DNA of 64,000 nt from Reclinomonas americana ATCC 50394 (taxonomy: Eukaryota). Both the position numbers and the translations under genes were made by a program. The notes under the pieces are model-generated. The model ran no database searches, was not told where the DNA came from, and saw only the letters and a list, made by a program, of their open reading frames with translations. The stretch is taken from NCBI GenBank assembly GCA_048213135.1, contig PS015009.1, forward strand, positions 2,108,001 to 2,172,000. Reading direction: 5' to 3'. Shown piece by piece: positions 28,774 through 39,738 of the stretch (position 1 is the first letter of the stretch; every line of letters starts with the position of its first letter).

Positions 28774-30351
28774 ATGGTAGAAATTAAACCGGATGAGATT
28801 TCTGCAATACTCCGCCAGCAACTGAGCAACTTCAATGCCTCAGCCAGCCTGGAAGAAGTAGGTACAGTACTGCAGGTAGGTGACGGTATCGCCCGTATTT
28901 ACGGACTGAACAATGTTCGCTCCGGTGAACTGGTTGAGTTCGATAATGGTGTAAAAGCCATTGCCCTCAACCTGGAAGAAGATAACGTGGGTGTGGTATT
29001 GATGGGCGACAGCAGCGAGATCAAAGAAGGTGATAAAGTAAAACGTACCGGCCAGATCGCCTCTATTAAAGTAGGTGAAGGCATGAGCGGTCGTGTTATC
29101 AACACCCTCGGCGAACCTATCGACGGTAAAGGCCCCATCCAGGGCGAACTGTATGAAATGCCGCTGGAACGTAAAGCTCCCGGTGTAATCTTCCGCGAAC
29201 CGGTAAAAGAACCGCTCCAAACCGGTATCAAAGCCATCGACGCCATGATCCCCATCGGAAGGGGCCAGCGTGAACTTATCATTGGTGACCGCCAGACGGG
29301 TAAAACCGCCATCGCGATCGACACCATCATCAACCAGAAAGAATTTTTCGCCGCAGGCAAACCCGTATATTGTATATATGTAGCGATTGGTCAGAAAGCT
29401 TCTACCATCGCCGGTATCATGAAAACACTGGAAGAGAACGGCGCTATGGCTTACACTACGATCGTAGCGGCCTCCGCTTCTGATCCGGCCCCGCTGCAGT
29501 TCTACGCTCCGTTCGCAGGTGCCGCCATCGGCGAATACTTCCGCGACACCGGTCGTCCGGCACTGATCATTTATGATGATCTGTCCAAACAGGCCGTAGC
29601 TTACCGCGAAGTATCCCTGCTGCTGCGTCGTCCGCCAGGCCGTGAAGCCTATCCCGGTGACGTATTCTACCTGCACAGCCGCTTACTCGAAAGGGCCGCG
29701 AAAGTAATCGCCAAAGATGACATCGCCGCACAAATGAACGACCTGCCGGAATCTATCAAACACCTGGTAAAAGGTGGTGGTTCCCTTACCGCCCTGCCTA
29801 TTATCGAAACACAGGCCGGTGACGTATCCGCTTATATCCCCACGAACGTGATCTCGATCACCGACGGACAGATATTCCTGGAAGGTAACCTCTTCAACGC
29901 CGGTATCCGTCCCGCTATCAACGTGGGTATCTCGGTAAGCCGCGTAGGTGGTAACGCCCAGATCAAATCCATGAAAAAAGTATCCGGTACACTGAAACTC
30001 GACCAGGCACAATACCGCGAACTGGAAGCCTTCTCTAAATTCGGTGGTGACCTCGATGCGGCTACCAAATACGTGATCGACAAAGGCGCCCGTAACGTAG
30101 AAGTGCTGAAACAACCCCAGTACACCCCGTTCAGCGTGGAAAAACAGGTAGCCATCATCTACCTGGGTACACAAGGTCTGCTGAGGGACATCGCGGTTAA
30201 GAATGTAAAGGCGTTTGAAGACCACTTCCTGCTGGAAATGGAGAACAAACACCCTGAAATTCTGGCGGAATTCAAAAAAGGAAACCTGCCCGAAGACGGT
30301 CTGAACAAGATGACCGAACTCGCCAAAGGACTGGCAGCCCAGTACAAGTAA
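28774..30351 (+). CDS. atpA: F0F1 ATP synthase subunit alpha
   Basis: [40 protein letters not shown]. Confidence 0.99.
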   Translation: MVEIKPDEISAILRQQLSNFNASASLEEVGTVLQVGDGIARIYGLNNVRSGELVEFDNGVKAIALNLEEDNVGVVLMGDSSEIKEGDKVKRTGQIASIKVGEGMSGRVINTLGEPIDGKGPIQGELYEMPLERKAPGVIFREPVKEPLQTGIKAIDAMIPIGRGQRELIIGDRQTGKTAIAIDTIINQKEFFAAGKPVYCIYVAIGQKASTIAGIMKTLEENGAMAYTTIVAASASDPAPLQFYAPFAGAAIGEYFRDTGRPALIIYDDLSKQAVAYREVSLLLRRPPGREAYPGDVFYLHSRLLERAAKVIAKDDIAAQMNDLPESIKHLVKGGGSLTALPIIETQAGDVSAYIPTNVISITDGQIFLEGNLFNAGIRPAINVGISVSRVGGNAQIKSMKKVSGTLKLDQAQYRELEAFSKFGGDLDAATKYVIDKGARNVEVLKQPQYTPFSVEKQVAIIYLGTQGLLRDIAVKNVKAFEDHFLLEMENKHPEILAEFKKGNLPEDGLNKMTELAKGLAAQYK

Positions 30352-30380
30352 TAACGGTAATTCCAAGCACATTACATATT

Positions 30381-30409
30381 AAGGAGAGAAGTTGATTCTC
30401 TCCTTTTTT
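30381..30409 (+). terminator. Rho-independent terminator after atpA
   Basis: aaggagagaa-gttga-ttctctcctt plus T tract. Confidence 0.8.
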
Positions 30410-30542
30410 CATGCCATCCCGCCAGGAATAAAGCAAATCATATTGCAGCCTTTTTATATGGAATTCTTCTCCCTGCGTCGAAATGACATAAATTTTTTCT
30501 GGCGCACAGTTTGTAATTTTAGAATACCTAAAGTAAAAAGTC

Positions 30543-31238
30543 ATGACTATAGAACTGATTGTGATTTCCGTTGTCTTCATGCTCATCGGCATGTTTGTAC
30601 AGTACCGTCTCAAAAGCAAATTCACCGAGTACAGCAAAGTGCGCACCAGCACAGGCATGAGTGGCAGGGAAATAGCTGAAAAAATGCTGAAGGATAATGG
30701 TATCTATGATGTAAAAGTTATTTCAGTAGAAGGCCAGCTCACCGATCACTATAACCCCCTCAATAAAACGGTTAACCTGAGTGAAGGAGTATTTGAAGGA
30801 GACAGCGTTGCCGCAGCCGCCGTTGCTGCACATGAATGTGGTCACGCTGTTCAGCATGCCACCGCTTATTCCATGCTCATGCTGCGCAGTAAAATTGTGC
30901 CCGCAGTACAGATCAGCAGTACCCTTTCGCAATGGGTGATCATCGCCGGCCTCGGTTTTATGGGCTTCGGCGGCGGTAACCCTACCATCCTGCTTATTGG
31001 CATCATCCTGTTTGCTGTTACCACTTTATTCTCACTCATTACCCTGCCTGTTGAATTTGACGCTTCCGCCCGTGCGCTGAAATGGCTCGACGGGGCAAGG
31101 ATCACCACCGCGCCGGAACATGAAAAAGCTAAGGACGCCCTTAAGTGGGCCGCACTCACTTATGTAGTGGCTGCACTGGCTTCCGTGGCCATGCTGGTAC
31201 AGTACATACTTATTTATTCATCAAGAAGCAGGGATTGA
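30543..31238 (+). CDS. Neutral zinc metallopeptidase (YugP / Zn_peptidase_2 family)
   Basis: LTDHYNP, AAHECGHAVQH, TLPVEFDASARA, AALTYVVAA. Confidence 0.93.
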   Translation: MTIELIVISVVFMLIGMFVQYRLKSKFTEYSKVRTSTGMSGREIAEKMLKDNGIYDVKVISVEGQLTDHYNPLNKTVNLSEGVFEGDSVAAAAVAAHECGHAVQHATAYSMLMLRSKIVPAVQISSTLSQWVIIAGLGFMGFGGGNPTILLIGIILFAVTTLFSLITLPVEFDASARALKWLDGARITTAPEHEKAKDALKWAALTYVVAALASVAMLVQYILIYSSRSRD

Positions 31239-31329
31239 TCATAACATACAGCGGTAAGCGCAGTATAAAATAAGCTGCCAATTACCAATCAACTATATTT
31301 GTACACGTTAAAAGCGAAATCGCAATCAT

Positions 31330-32025
31330 ATGAACTTCGGAAAAGAATTTGAAAACTATGCCGTAAAGCATAAAGGCATCAGCAGCAATACGCTCGACGC
31401 CTACCTGAAACATAATGTAACCAACCTTACACCCAATATCATTGAAGAGCGTTCCATGAACATTGCAGTGATGGACGTGTACAGCCGTTTGATGATGGAC
31501 AGGATCATCTTCCTGGGTTACCCCATTAACGATGAAGTGGCCAACATCGTCACCGCACAGCTCCTCTTTCTTGAAAGTACCGACAGGGTAAGGGATATCC
31601 AGATCTACATCAATTGCCCCGGAGGCAGTGTGTATGCGGGTTTGGGCATGTACGATACCATGCAGTTCATCACGCCTGATATCGCCACCATCTGCACCGG
31701 TATGGCCGCCAGTATGGGACAGGTACTTATGTGTGCCGGTGCCAAAGGCAAACGCACAGCGCTTAAACACAGCCGCATTATGATGCACCAGCCCAGCGCA
31801 GGTGCAGGCGGACAAGCGAGTGATATCGAGATCACCGTAAATGAAGTGAAGAAAGTAAAACAGGAATTGTACAACATCATCGCTTACCACAGCGGGCAAC
31901 CGGTGGAAAAAGTGGCGGCAGACTGTCACCGCGATTACTGGATGACATCCACTGAGGCCAAAGAATACGGCCTGGTAGATGAAGTACTCACCATCAACCC
32001 GCGTAAAGCAAAAAAAGAACAATAA
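31330..32025 (+). CDS. clpP: ATP-dependent Clp protease proteolytic subunit
   Basis: DVYSRLMMDRIIFL, GMAASMG, MMHQP, RDYWM. Confidence 0.97.
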   Translation: MNFGKEFENYAVKHKGISSNTLDAYLKHNVTNLTPNIIEERSMNIAVMDVYSRLMMDRIIFLGYPINDEVANIVTAQLLFLESTDRVRDIQIYINCPGGSVYAGLGMYDTMQFITPDIATICTGMAASMGQVLMCAGAKGKRTALKHSRIMMHQPSAGAGGQASDIEITVNEVKKVKQELYNIIAYHSGQPVEKVAADCHRDYWMTSTEAKEYGLVDEVLTINPRKAKKEQ

Positions 32026-32128
32026 CAAAAGCAGGAAATGATGTAACCAGCCGCAGCGTTTTGCCCGGCATCGTTGTATCACTCACTTGTACACCTGCAG
32101 CTCTATTCAACTTTTATAACCATTACAT

Positions 32129-32752
32129 ATGAACCTGTATAATAAAAATATCCGCTTCGACGAAGACGACGAACCCGCAAAAGAAAACCCCGATAACCCG
32201 ATGGAGAAACTGATGTCGGGCTGGCAGTTCGATAAAAAATTCATCGAGCAGCGTAAAGTTTTCCTTTGGGGTGTGGTGGATGACAAAAGCTCCAAAGACA
32301 TCACCGATCGTCTCATGTACCTCGAAGCCATCGATCCCGGTAAAGAGATTACTTTCTATATCAACAGCCCCGGCGGTATGGTTACCAGTGGTATGGTGGT
32401 GTATGATACCATGCAAATGATCAGCTCGCCGGTAAGTACCGTGTGCATGGGCATGGCCGCCAGTATGGGCAGCATCCTGCTCAGCGGTGGCGCCAAAGGC
32501 AAACGCTACATATTCCCCAATGGCGAAGTGATGATACACCAGCCCAGTGGTGGCGGACGTGGGGTAAGTGCCGATCTCGAGATCATGGCGCAGCAAATGC
32601 AGAAGACCAAAGAACTGGGTGCCGACATCCTCGCCAAAAACTGTGGCAAAACCCGCGAACAGATCATGAAGGATTTTGACCGCGACTACTGGATGAACGC
32701 GAAAGAAGCCGTGGACTATGGAATTGTAGATGGCGTTCTCGATAAGTTATAA
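32129..32752 (+). CDS. clpP: Second Clp protease proteolytic subunit paralogue
   Basis: YINSPGG, GMAASMG, MIHQP, DRDYWM; diverged N-terminus. Confidence 0.95.
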   Translation: MNLYNKNIRFDEDDEPAKENPDNPMEKLMSGWQFDKKFIEQRKVFLWGVVDDKSSKDITDRLMYLEAIDPGKEITFYINSPGGMVTSGMVVYDTMQMISSPVSTVCMGMAASMGSILLSGGAKGKRYIFPNGEVMIHQPSGGGRGVSADLEIMAQQMQKTKELGADILAKNCGKTREQIMKDFDRDYWMNAKEAVDYGIVDGVLDKL

Positions 32753-32815
32753 TCACCGATAGTAAATGGTAAACCTGGATGGGTTTACCATTTACTGTTT
32801 TATCATGTCGATATA

Positions 32816-33901
32816 TTGAAATTCAACGACATCATCAACGCGAAAGTCAGCGAAGAGGCCGACAGGCCGCTGATGAAAAAGGATGCCTACCCGGTAAGCG
32901 CGGGCCTGCAGCAATACCTGAAAAATTATGGCCGCGATATTCATCTTCCCGTAGCTTATAAAGACCTTCTCAATTATCGTTACGCCACTTCCATCAAAGA
33001 CAGCAACGGCAAATTCACCCACTGGGAAACCGCTGTTTACGATCTTAAGGAAATGGAATTTCTTAAGGAAGGATTGATCAAAGCCTACGCCACGCTGAAA
33101 ACGGAAGGCAACCTCAATTTCATCAAACACCTTGATGTAGAGCGGATCGACTTCTGCGAATTTGGCAACAGCGTTCCCTTCCGCATCCGCATCGTTAATA
33201 CCATCAACGGCAATCACGATCACTATTACATCAAAGCAGCCGACGCGTCGCGTATCTATGGACTCGAACTCGAACACCTGCTTACGCCTAATCGCATCAC
33301 CTTCCTGCATCATAAGAACACACTCATTGAGGAGCACATACCCGGCATACCCGGCGATATTTTTTTGCAGAAATACATGCAGTCTCCCGAAACCAACAGG
33401 ATCAGGATCGCGAAAGAATTCGTCAAGTTCAATGAACGTTGCTTCAACCGCCTGCTGGGTGACATGCGCAGTTATAATTTCGTGGTGGAGATCATGCCCG
33501 ATATAGAAGATTACCAGTACCGCATACGTGCCATCGACTTTGACCAGCAATCTTATGAAGGCAGGAAAAAATTATACCTGCCCCAGTTTTACAAAGAGAA
33601 TTTTGAATACGTGGACCTGGTGCTGAAAAACCTCAGTGCCGATGTGATTGAACAATACCAGACAGAAGAACGTACCGCTATGGCCGCAAGGGTATTCTCG
33701 TCGCGCCGCCAACTGATGGAGCTGCTCAATATCATGGCCAAAGATGAACTTTCTGAAAATTACAAGGTAAAACTCCTCCGGGAAGAACTGAACCAGTATT
33801 TCAATACACAATATTTTTCCCGCTGCCAGAGCATGGGCGCTCTTGTTAAAAGGCAGCTCAAGCAAACACTGCAGCCTCATCTGAAACTGGTGAGAAAATG
33901 A
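32816..33901 (+). CDS. Conserved hypothetical protein, putative atypical kinase fold
   Basis: 361-aa ORF (TTG start; ATG 32872 is an alternative); YYIK, LLGDMRSYNF, AIDFD motifs. Confidence 0.7.
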   Translation: MKFNDIINAKVSEEADRPLMKKDAYPVSAGLQQYLKNYGRDIHLPVAYKDLLNYRYATSIKDSNGKFTHWETAVYDLKEMEFLKEGLIKAYATLKTEGNLNFIKHLDVERIDFCEFGNSVPFRIRIVNTINGNHDHYYIKAADASRIYGLELEHLLTPNRITFLHHKNTLIEEHIPGIPGDIFLQKYMQSPETNRIRIAKEFVKFNERCFNRLLGDMRSYNFVVEIMPDIEDYQYRIRAIDFDQQSYEGRKKLYLPQFYKENFEYVDLVLKNLSADVIEQYQTEERTAMAARVFSSRRQLMELLNIMAKDELSENYKVKLLREELNQYFNTQYFSRCQSMGALVKRQLKQTLQPHLKLVRK

Positions 33902-34010
33902 CGGGTGAAAGAAAGGAACAATACATCTTAAATGCCCGGAATGCTCTGTTTTTGCCGTTCATCCTTCATTTCACCGGTTAAAGCAACAAAACCGGGTAAA
34001 AAATTGTCTG

Positions 34011-34042
34011 TTTGTAAGCTCCGTAAAGGCTTCGTATCTTTG
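34011..34042 (+). promoter_or_regulatory. Sigma-A promoter of clpX
   Basis: TTTG (34011) -20 nt- TATCTTTG (34035). Confidence 0.65.
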
Positions 34043-34067
34043 CAGGGCTTCAACAGGGAAACCCTAT

Positions 34068-35306
34068 ATGGCTAAACAACAAACATTACATTGCTCATTT
34101 TGCGGGCGCAGCCGCGATGAAGTTAAAATACTCATCGCCGGGCAGGACGGGCATATCTGCGAAAACTGCGTGGAACATGCCGAAGAGATCATTGAACAGG
34201 AACTGGGCGGCACCACAGAAGTGAAGCACAATCACCCGGCACACAAGCTTACCGTAAGAAAGCCCATCGAGATCAAAAAATTCCTCGACGATTACGTGAT
34301 CGGCCAGGACGATGCTAAAAAGATCCTTGCCGTTGCGGTATACAACCACTACAAACGCCTCAACCAGAAAGTAGAGAACGAAGTGGAGATCGAGAAAAGC
34401 AATATCATCATGGTGGGAGAGACCGGTACGGGTAAAACCCTGCTGGCCAAATCCATCGCCCGTATGCTGAATGTGCCTTTCGCCATTGTGGACGCCACGG
34501 TGTTCACCGAGGCGGGTTATGTGGGTGAAGACGTGGAAAGTATGCTCAGCCGGTTGCTGCAGGCCTGCAACTACGATGTGCCTTCCGCTGAAAGAGGTAT
34601 TGTTTTCATTGATGAAATAGATAAGATTGCCCGCAAAAGCGATAACCCCTCTATTACCCGTGACGTGAGTGGCGAAGGTGTGCAACAGGGCCTTCTGAAA
34701 CTGCTGGAGGGCACCGAAGTGCTGGTACCGCCACAGGGAGGCCGTAAACACCCGGAGCAAAAACTGATTAAAGTAAATACACAAAATATCCTCTTCATCT
34801 GCGGCGGCGCTTTCGATGGCGTAGATAAGATCATCGCCCGCAGGGTGAATACCAATGCCATTGGCTTTACCGTAAACAAAGAATTACAGGAATACCAGCA
34901 GAACAACCTGCTGCAGTTTGTGAACGCGGTTGACCTGAAACATTTCGGGCTCATTCCCGAATTACTGGGTCGTTTGCCGGTGGTGACTTACCTGAACCCG
35001 CTGGATGCCGTTACGCTGCGCAATATTCTCACTGAACCCAAGAACTCGCTGATCAAACAGTTCACCCGTTTATTCGAGATAGAGGGCATTGAACTGCGTT
35101 TTCAGCCCGCTGTGTTTGATTTTATGGTAAGCAAGGCTATGGAATACAAACTGGGCGCCCGCGGCCTCCGCAGCATCTGTGAAAGCATCCTCACCGATGC
35201 CATGTACGAACTGCCTTCCCAGAAGCTCAAGACCTTTGAAGTGACGCTCGACTATGCAGAACGCAAGTTCAGCAGCAGTAAACTGAGTATGCTGAAAGTA
35301 GCTTAG
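34068..35306 (+). CDS. clpX: ATP-dependent Clp protease ATP-binding subunit ClpX
   Basis: CSFCG zinc finger, [29 protein letters not shown] loop. Confidence 0.98.
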   Translation: MAKQQTLHCSFCGRSRDEVKILIAGQDGHICENCVEHAEEIIEQELGGTTEVKHNHPAHKLTVRKPIEIKKFLDDYVIGQDDAKKILAVAVYNHYKRLNQKVENEVEIEKSNIIMVGETGTGKTLLAKSIARMLNVPFAIVDATVFTEAGYVGEDVESMLSRLLQACNYDVPSAERGIVFIDEIDKIARKSDNPSITRDVSGEGVQQGLLKLLEGTEVLVPPQGGRKHPEQKLIKVNTQNILFICGGAFDGVDKIIARRVNTNAIGFTVNKELQEYQQNNLLQFVNAVDLKHFGLIPELLGRLPVVTYLNPLDAVTLRNILTEPKNSLIKQFTRLFEIEGIELRFQPAVFDFMVSKAMEYKLGARGLRSICESILTDAMYELPSQKLKTFEVTLDYAERKFSSSKLSMLKVA

Positions 35307-35331
35307 TTAATTACGAGTGTCAAATTACGAT

Positions 35332-35363
35332 AAAGTCCCCCATAACAACGGGGACTTCCTTTT
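35332..35363 (+). terminator. Terminator after clpX
   Basis: aagtcccc...ggggactt hairpin plus T-rich tail. Confidence 0.7.
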
Positions 35364-35448
35364 ATTGTGCAGGTCAGTCGTAATTAGTAATTCGTAATTG
35401 ATAATTAGTAATTATTTTTGCCCCTCACTTCACAAACACATTTCAAAA

Positions 35449-36723
35449 ATGGTAGATGTAATCCTGGGCATGCAATGGGGCGACGAAGGGAAAGGAAAGA
35501 TCGTTGACTTCTTCGCCGATAACTATGATGTTGTAGCCCGTTTCCAGGGTGGTCCCAACGCGGGGCACACACTTTATGTGGACGGGAAAAAGATCGTACT
35601 GCACCAGATACCCAGCGGTATATTCCACGAAAGCAAAACCAATCTTATCGGCAATGGCGTAGTACTGGATGCCGTAACACTGAAAAGGGAATGTGAAAAT
35701 GTAGCCGCCTTTGGTGTAGACTACCGCAAGAACCTCTACATCAGCGAACGTACACACCTTATACTGCCCACGCACAGAGCCATCGATAAAGCCAGCGAAC
35801 TGAGCAAGGGAAATGAGAAGATCGGCAGCACACTGAAGGGTATTGGTCCGGCCTATATGGATAAGACCGGCCGTAATGGCTTGCGTGTAGGCAACCTCCT
35901 CGATAAAAGTTTTACCACCGAATACATCAAACTGAGGCTGAAGCACCAGAAAATGCTCGACAGCTTTAATTTCCAGGAAGACATCAGCAGCTGGGAGGAA
36001 GAATTCTTTGAGGCGATTGAATTCCTGCGCCAGTTCAAGATTGTGAACGGTGAATATTTCATCAATGAAAAAATAGCCGCTGGGCAAAGGGTACTGGCCG
36101 AAGGTGCCCAGGGCAGTATGCTCGACGTTGACTTTGGAACCTTCCCCTTCGTGACCAGCAGCAGTACTATTTCTGCCGGTGTTTGTACAGGATTGGGCAT
36201 TGCTCCCCAGAAGATCCGCGAAGTGTTTGGCGTATCCAAGGCTTATTGTACCCGTGTGGGCAGCGGACCCTTCCCTACGGAGCTGCACGACGAAACCGGG
36301 GAGTTCATCCGTAAAACGGGTAATGAGTTTGGCAGTACTACCGGCAGGCCCAGGCGTTGCGGCTGGATTGACCTGGTGGCTCTCCAGTTTGCCTGCATGA
36401 TCAACGGGGTGACGCAGATCATCATGACAAAAGCAGATATACTCGACGGTTTAAAAGAATTGAAAGTTTGTAACGCTTACAATGTGAACGGGGAAGAGAA
36501 AGGTTTTGTGCCCTTCCAGATGAACCGTGTAGCCCTGGAACCCGTTTACAAAGCGCTGGAAGGATGGAATACAGATACCACCGGCATCACCGAATTTGAC
36601 GCTATGCCGGAGGCCATGAAATCCTATATAGATTACCTGAACAAATTCCTCGGTGTTCCCGTTAAGTATATCAGCAACGGGCCGGGCCGCGACCAGATCG
36701 TTTCAGTGGGAAAAAAAGCATAA
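35449..36723 (+). CDS. purA: Adenylosuccinate synthetase
   Basis: GMQWGDEGKGK, GGPNAGHT, EFGSTTGRPRRCGW; start ATG 35449. Confidence 0.98.
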   Translation: MVDVILGMQWGDEGKGKIVDFFADNYDVVARFQGGPNAGHTLYVDGKKIVLHQIPSGIFHESKTNLIGNGVVLDAVTLKRECENVAAFGVDYRKNLYISERTHLILPTHRAIDKASELSKGNEKIGSTLKGIGPAYMDKTGRNGLRVGNLLDKSFTTEYIKLRLKHQKMLDSFNFQEDISSWEEEFFEAIEFLRQFKIVNGEYFINEKIAAGQRVLAEGAQGSMLDVDFGTFPFVTSSSTISAGVCTGLGIAPQKIREVFGVSKAYCTRVGSGPFPTELHDETGEFIRKTGNEFGSTTGRPRRCGWIDLVALQFACMINGVTQIIMTKADILDGLKELKVCNAYNVNGEEKGFVPFQMNRVALEPVYKALEGWNTDTTGITEFDAMPEAMKSYIDYLNKFLGVPVKYISNGPGRDQIVSVGKKA

Positions 36724-36794
36724 AAAAAAGTGGATTTTTTTTTGGCTATTTAAAAATTGCGTGGAAATTTTACAGTAATAATTATTGACAATCT

Positions 36795-37229
36795 ATGGCT
36801 TCAAAATCTGATAAAGAAAAAAAGACGAAAGCGGTGAAACCTGCGGACAGTGATAATGCGCCGGCCAAAAAATCTGCATCCAAATCAAAGAAGGAAGAAG
36901 ATGATGACGACGACCTGGATGATGAGGAAATGGATGAAAAGCCTGCCAAAGGAAAAGCGTCTTCTAAAAAAAGCAAAAGCGATGATGACGATGACGACGA
37001 TGATGATGTAGAAGTGGAAGATGACTGGGAGAAAGCAGAAGAAGATGATGACTGGGATCCGGACTTTGATGAATTCGATATCCCTAAATCAAAAGGTAAA
37101 AAAACAGGCGGCGGAACGAAGAAGGCAGGTAAGGATGACGATGATGATTTTAAAGTGGATGATGAATTCAAGGATCTTGGTTTCGACGATATGGGCGGCG
37201 GTTTTGACGACGACGACGACGATTATTAA
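36795..37229 (+). CDS. Low-complexity Lys/Asp-rich hypothetical protein
   Basis: Alternating basic and poly-Asp blocks; WDPDFDEFDIPKSK core. Confidence 0.7.
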   Translation: MASKSDKEKKTKAVKPADSDNAPAKKSASKSKKEEDDDDDLDDEEMDEKPAKGKASSKKSKSDDDDDDDDDVEVEDDWEKAEEDDDWDPDFDEFDIPKSKGKKTGGGTKKAGKDDDDDFKVDDEFKDLGFDDMGGGFDDDDDDY

Positions 37230-37258
37230 CAGCTTCGTTTTACAGGAAAAACAGGCAT

Positions 37259-38533
37259 TTGAAAACAGAGCGCTCCTTCCCCGTAAACGATCATACTGCA
37301 TTCAGGATACAAATGTTGAATTGGTGTAACCGGTTCAACATTTTTTGTTTCCTGGATAACCCTTCGCCATCGGCTGAATTTAAAGTACTGGCAGGGGCCG
37401 GGGCAGCGCATTGCTTGTCGGCCCCGGCGGGCACAGCCTTTCAACAGTTACGCGATTTTTACAAGGATAAAGACAACGAGTGGTTGTTTGGCCATTTTGG
37501 GTATGATCTTAAAAATGAGACCGAACAGTTGTCATCCTCCCATCCTGATCATATCGGTTTCAGCGACCTGCATTTTTTTATCCCGCAAACCGTCCTCAGG
37601 CTGTACGAACATTCTGTATCCATCTACACATCAGCCGGCCATGAGGATATATTCAGCAGCATCAGCCGGGAACCGGTTATCGCCCCCGGCAATACACAAC
37701 ACGCTACCCTCATCCGCCATCGCATCAGCCGTGAGGCTTACATCGATACCATTCACCAGCTGCAGCAGCATATCCGCCGTGGCGATTGCTACGAGATCAA
37801 CTTCTGCCAGGAATTTTACGCAACGGATACAGCTATTGACCCGCTGCAGGTGTACGAAAAACTGGTGACCGTATCTCCCAATCCTTTTGCTGTGCTGTAC
37901 AGGGTGAACGACCGTTACTGTTTGTGCGCCAGCCCCGAACGTTACCTGAAAAAGAAAGGGGAACGTGTATTATCTCAGCCCATCAAAGGCACTTCCAAAC
38001 GCGATCTCCTGCACAGTGACAACGACGAGGCGCAGAAGAAGTACCTGCTTACCAGTGAAAAGGAAAGAAGCGAGAATGTGATGATCGTTGACCTGGTGCG
38101 GAACGACCTCAGCCGGGTTTGCAGCGAGGGCTCCGTACGGGTGGATGAACTTTTTGGCCTGTACAGTTTTCCGCAGGTGCACCAGATGATCAGCACGGTG
38201 AGCGGCATATTGCAACCCGGGCTTAACTGGGTAGATGCCGTAGCGGCTACCTTCCCGATGGGGTCCATGACAGGAGCTCCCAAGAAAAGGGTGATGGAAC
38301 TGGCAGAGCAGTACGAAAAAAGCAGGAGAGGCCTGTTCTCCGGCGCTATAGGTTACGTGGAGCCCGGCGGGGATTTTGATTTTAATGTGGTGATCAGGAG
38401 CCTTTTTTACAATGCTGAAACCCAATATCTTTCTTTCCAGGCCGGTGGCGCCATTACTTTCCACAGCAAGGCGGAAGAAGAATACGAAGAATGCCTGCTG
38501 AAGGCCGCTGCCATCAGGAAGGTATTGCAATAA
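37259..38533 (+). CDS. pabB: Aminodeoxychorismate synthase component I (anthranilate synthase component I family)
   Basis: GDCYEIN, ASPERY, PIKGT, ENVMIVDLVRNDL, FPMGSMTGAPK. Confidence 0.88.
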   Translation: MKTERSFPVNDHTAFRIQMLNWCNRFNIFCFLDNPSPSAEFKVLAGAGAAHCLSAPAGTAFQQLRDFYKDKDNEWLFGHFGYDLKNETEQLSSSHPDHIGFSDLHFFIPQTVLRLYEHSVSIYTSAGHEDIFSSISREPVIAPGNTQHATLIRHRISREAYIDTIHQLQQHIRRGDCYEINFCQEFYATDTAIDPLQVYEKLVTVSPNPFAVLYRVNDRYCLCASPERYLKKKGERVLSQPIKGTSKRDLLHSDNDEAQKKYLLTSEKERSENVMIVDLVRNDLSRVCSEGSVRVDELFGLYSFPQVHQMISTVSGILQPGLNWVDAVAATFPMGSMTGAPKKRVMELAEQYEKSRRGLFSGAIGYVEPGGDFDFNVVIRSLFYNAETQYLSFQAGGAITFHSKAEEEYEECLLKAAAIRKVLQ

Positions 38534-38544
38534 ACAAACGGGAG

Positions 38545-39732
38545 TTATCCTCTTTTCCGGCTCTTTTCTTTTCCTCCTGCTTTGGGAGTGGGGTAAACGG
38601 TTTTGGTACCGGGCACGGAATTATCGCCCAGCAGCATTTGCACACATTCGTTAAGGATGCTGTACTTGTTGGCCAGGAAGAGCTGCATTTTATCCGCAGG
38701 CAAACGGAGATCGTAGTTGCCGTTGGTCATCATCATATTATCAAAGTCGGGGTTATACCTGTTGAACTGGTTAATCTCCATGGCCAGGCTTTTGCAGATG
38801 ATCAGCGAATTGAATTTGCCGGAGATGGTCTGTGTAGCCGCGTTATTCGTTTCGTCCTGCGACAGCGCGGGTTTCAGCGAAAAAGGATCACCACCGCCGG
38901 GTTCCAGCCCGTTACCCATATTGGGCATGGTGGTAACGCCGCCGCTGCCTTCCATGATATAATGCGTGGCGATGAATTTCTTAACATGATTACGGCTTTC
39001 CGTAGGCAGGTAATATTGCAGGTTCCAGAAATTACGGCTGCCACTTTGTTTGATGGCGCTGAACACACGGCCGGGCCCGCCATTATAGGCCGCGATCACC
39101 AGCAGCCAGTCTTTGGTTTGCTTGTATAAGGTAAGCAGGTAGCGGGCTGCAGCATGGGTGCTTTTATAATAATCCCTTCTTTCGTCAATAAAATTATTTA
39201 CCACCAGGCCATAATCCCTCGCCGTGTAGGGCATAAACTGCCAGGGGCCACCGGCGCCCACCCAACTGGTAGCACCTGAATTAAGATGGCTTTCAATTAC
39301 CGCCAGGTATTTCAGTTCCTTGGGAAGTCCGTACTGCGCCAGTATATTATCTATGAGATTGAAATAAGGTTGTGCCCATCCTTTCATTTTTACCAGGTAG
39401 CTGCCATGTGCTTTCAGGTAGTCCTGCATATAACTTTCTGCATTGGGGTTTACCTGTGCGGAATAAGGTACCAGCGGGTTATAGCTGTATTGAGAAAACA
39501 GGTTCTTGAAACCGTAGCGGGTTACCTGGCTGAAGTACTGTACTTTTTCTTTTTGGAGAGGCGTTTTATTCTTGATCACTTCATCGATCATTTCATCTTC
39601 TTCGGGGTCGTCGGGTAAAACGGTATCTGCTGTTGCAGGCGGCGGTGTTTTTTGCTGTAAAAGACCGGCCTTTCCTTCCTGCGAAGAAAAGAGCAATACC
39701 ATTAACAGCAGTACACCTAAAATTTTGTTCAT
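38545..39732 (-). CDS. Lytic transglycosylase (MltD-like, SLT domain)
   Basis: LKYLAVIES, GPWQFMPYTA, DERRD, AAYNGGPG. Confidence 0.9.
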   Translation of the reverse strand: MNKILGVLLLMVLLFSSQEGKAGLLQQKTPPPATADTVLPDDPEEDEMIDEVIKNKTPLQKEKVQYFSQVTRYGFKNLFSQYSYNPLVPYSAQVNPNAESYMQDYLKAHGSYLVKMKGWAQPYFNLIDNILAQYGLPKELKYLAVIESHLNSGATSWVGAGGPWQFMPYTARDYGLVVNNFIDERRDYYKSTHAAARYLLTLYKQTKDWLLVIAAYNGGPGRVFSAIKQSGSRNFWNLQYYLPTESRNHVKKFIATHYIMEGSGGVTTMPNMGNGLEPGGGDPFSLKPALSQDETNNAATQTISGKFNSLIICKSLAMEINQFNRYNPDFDNMMMTNGNYDLRLPADKMQLFLANKYSILNECVQMLLGDNSVPGTKTVYPTPKAGGKEKSRKRG

Positions 39733-39738
39733 ACCTTT

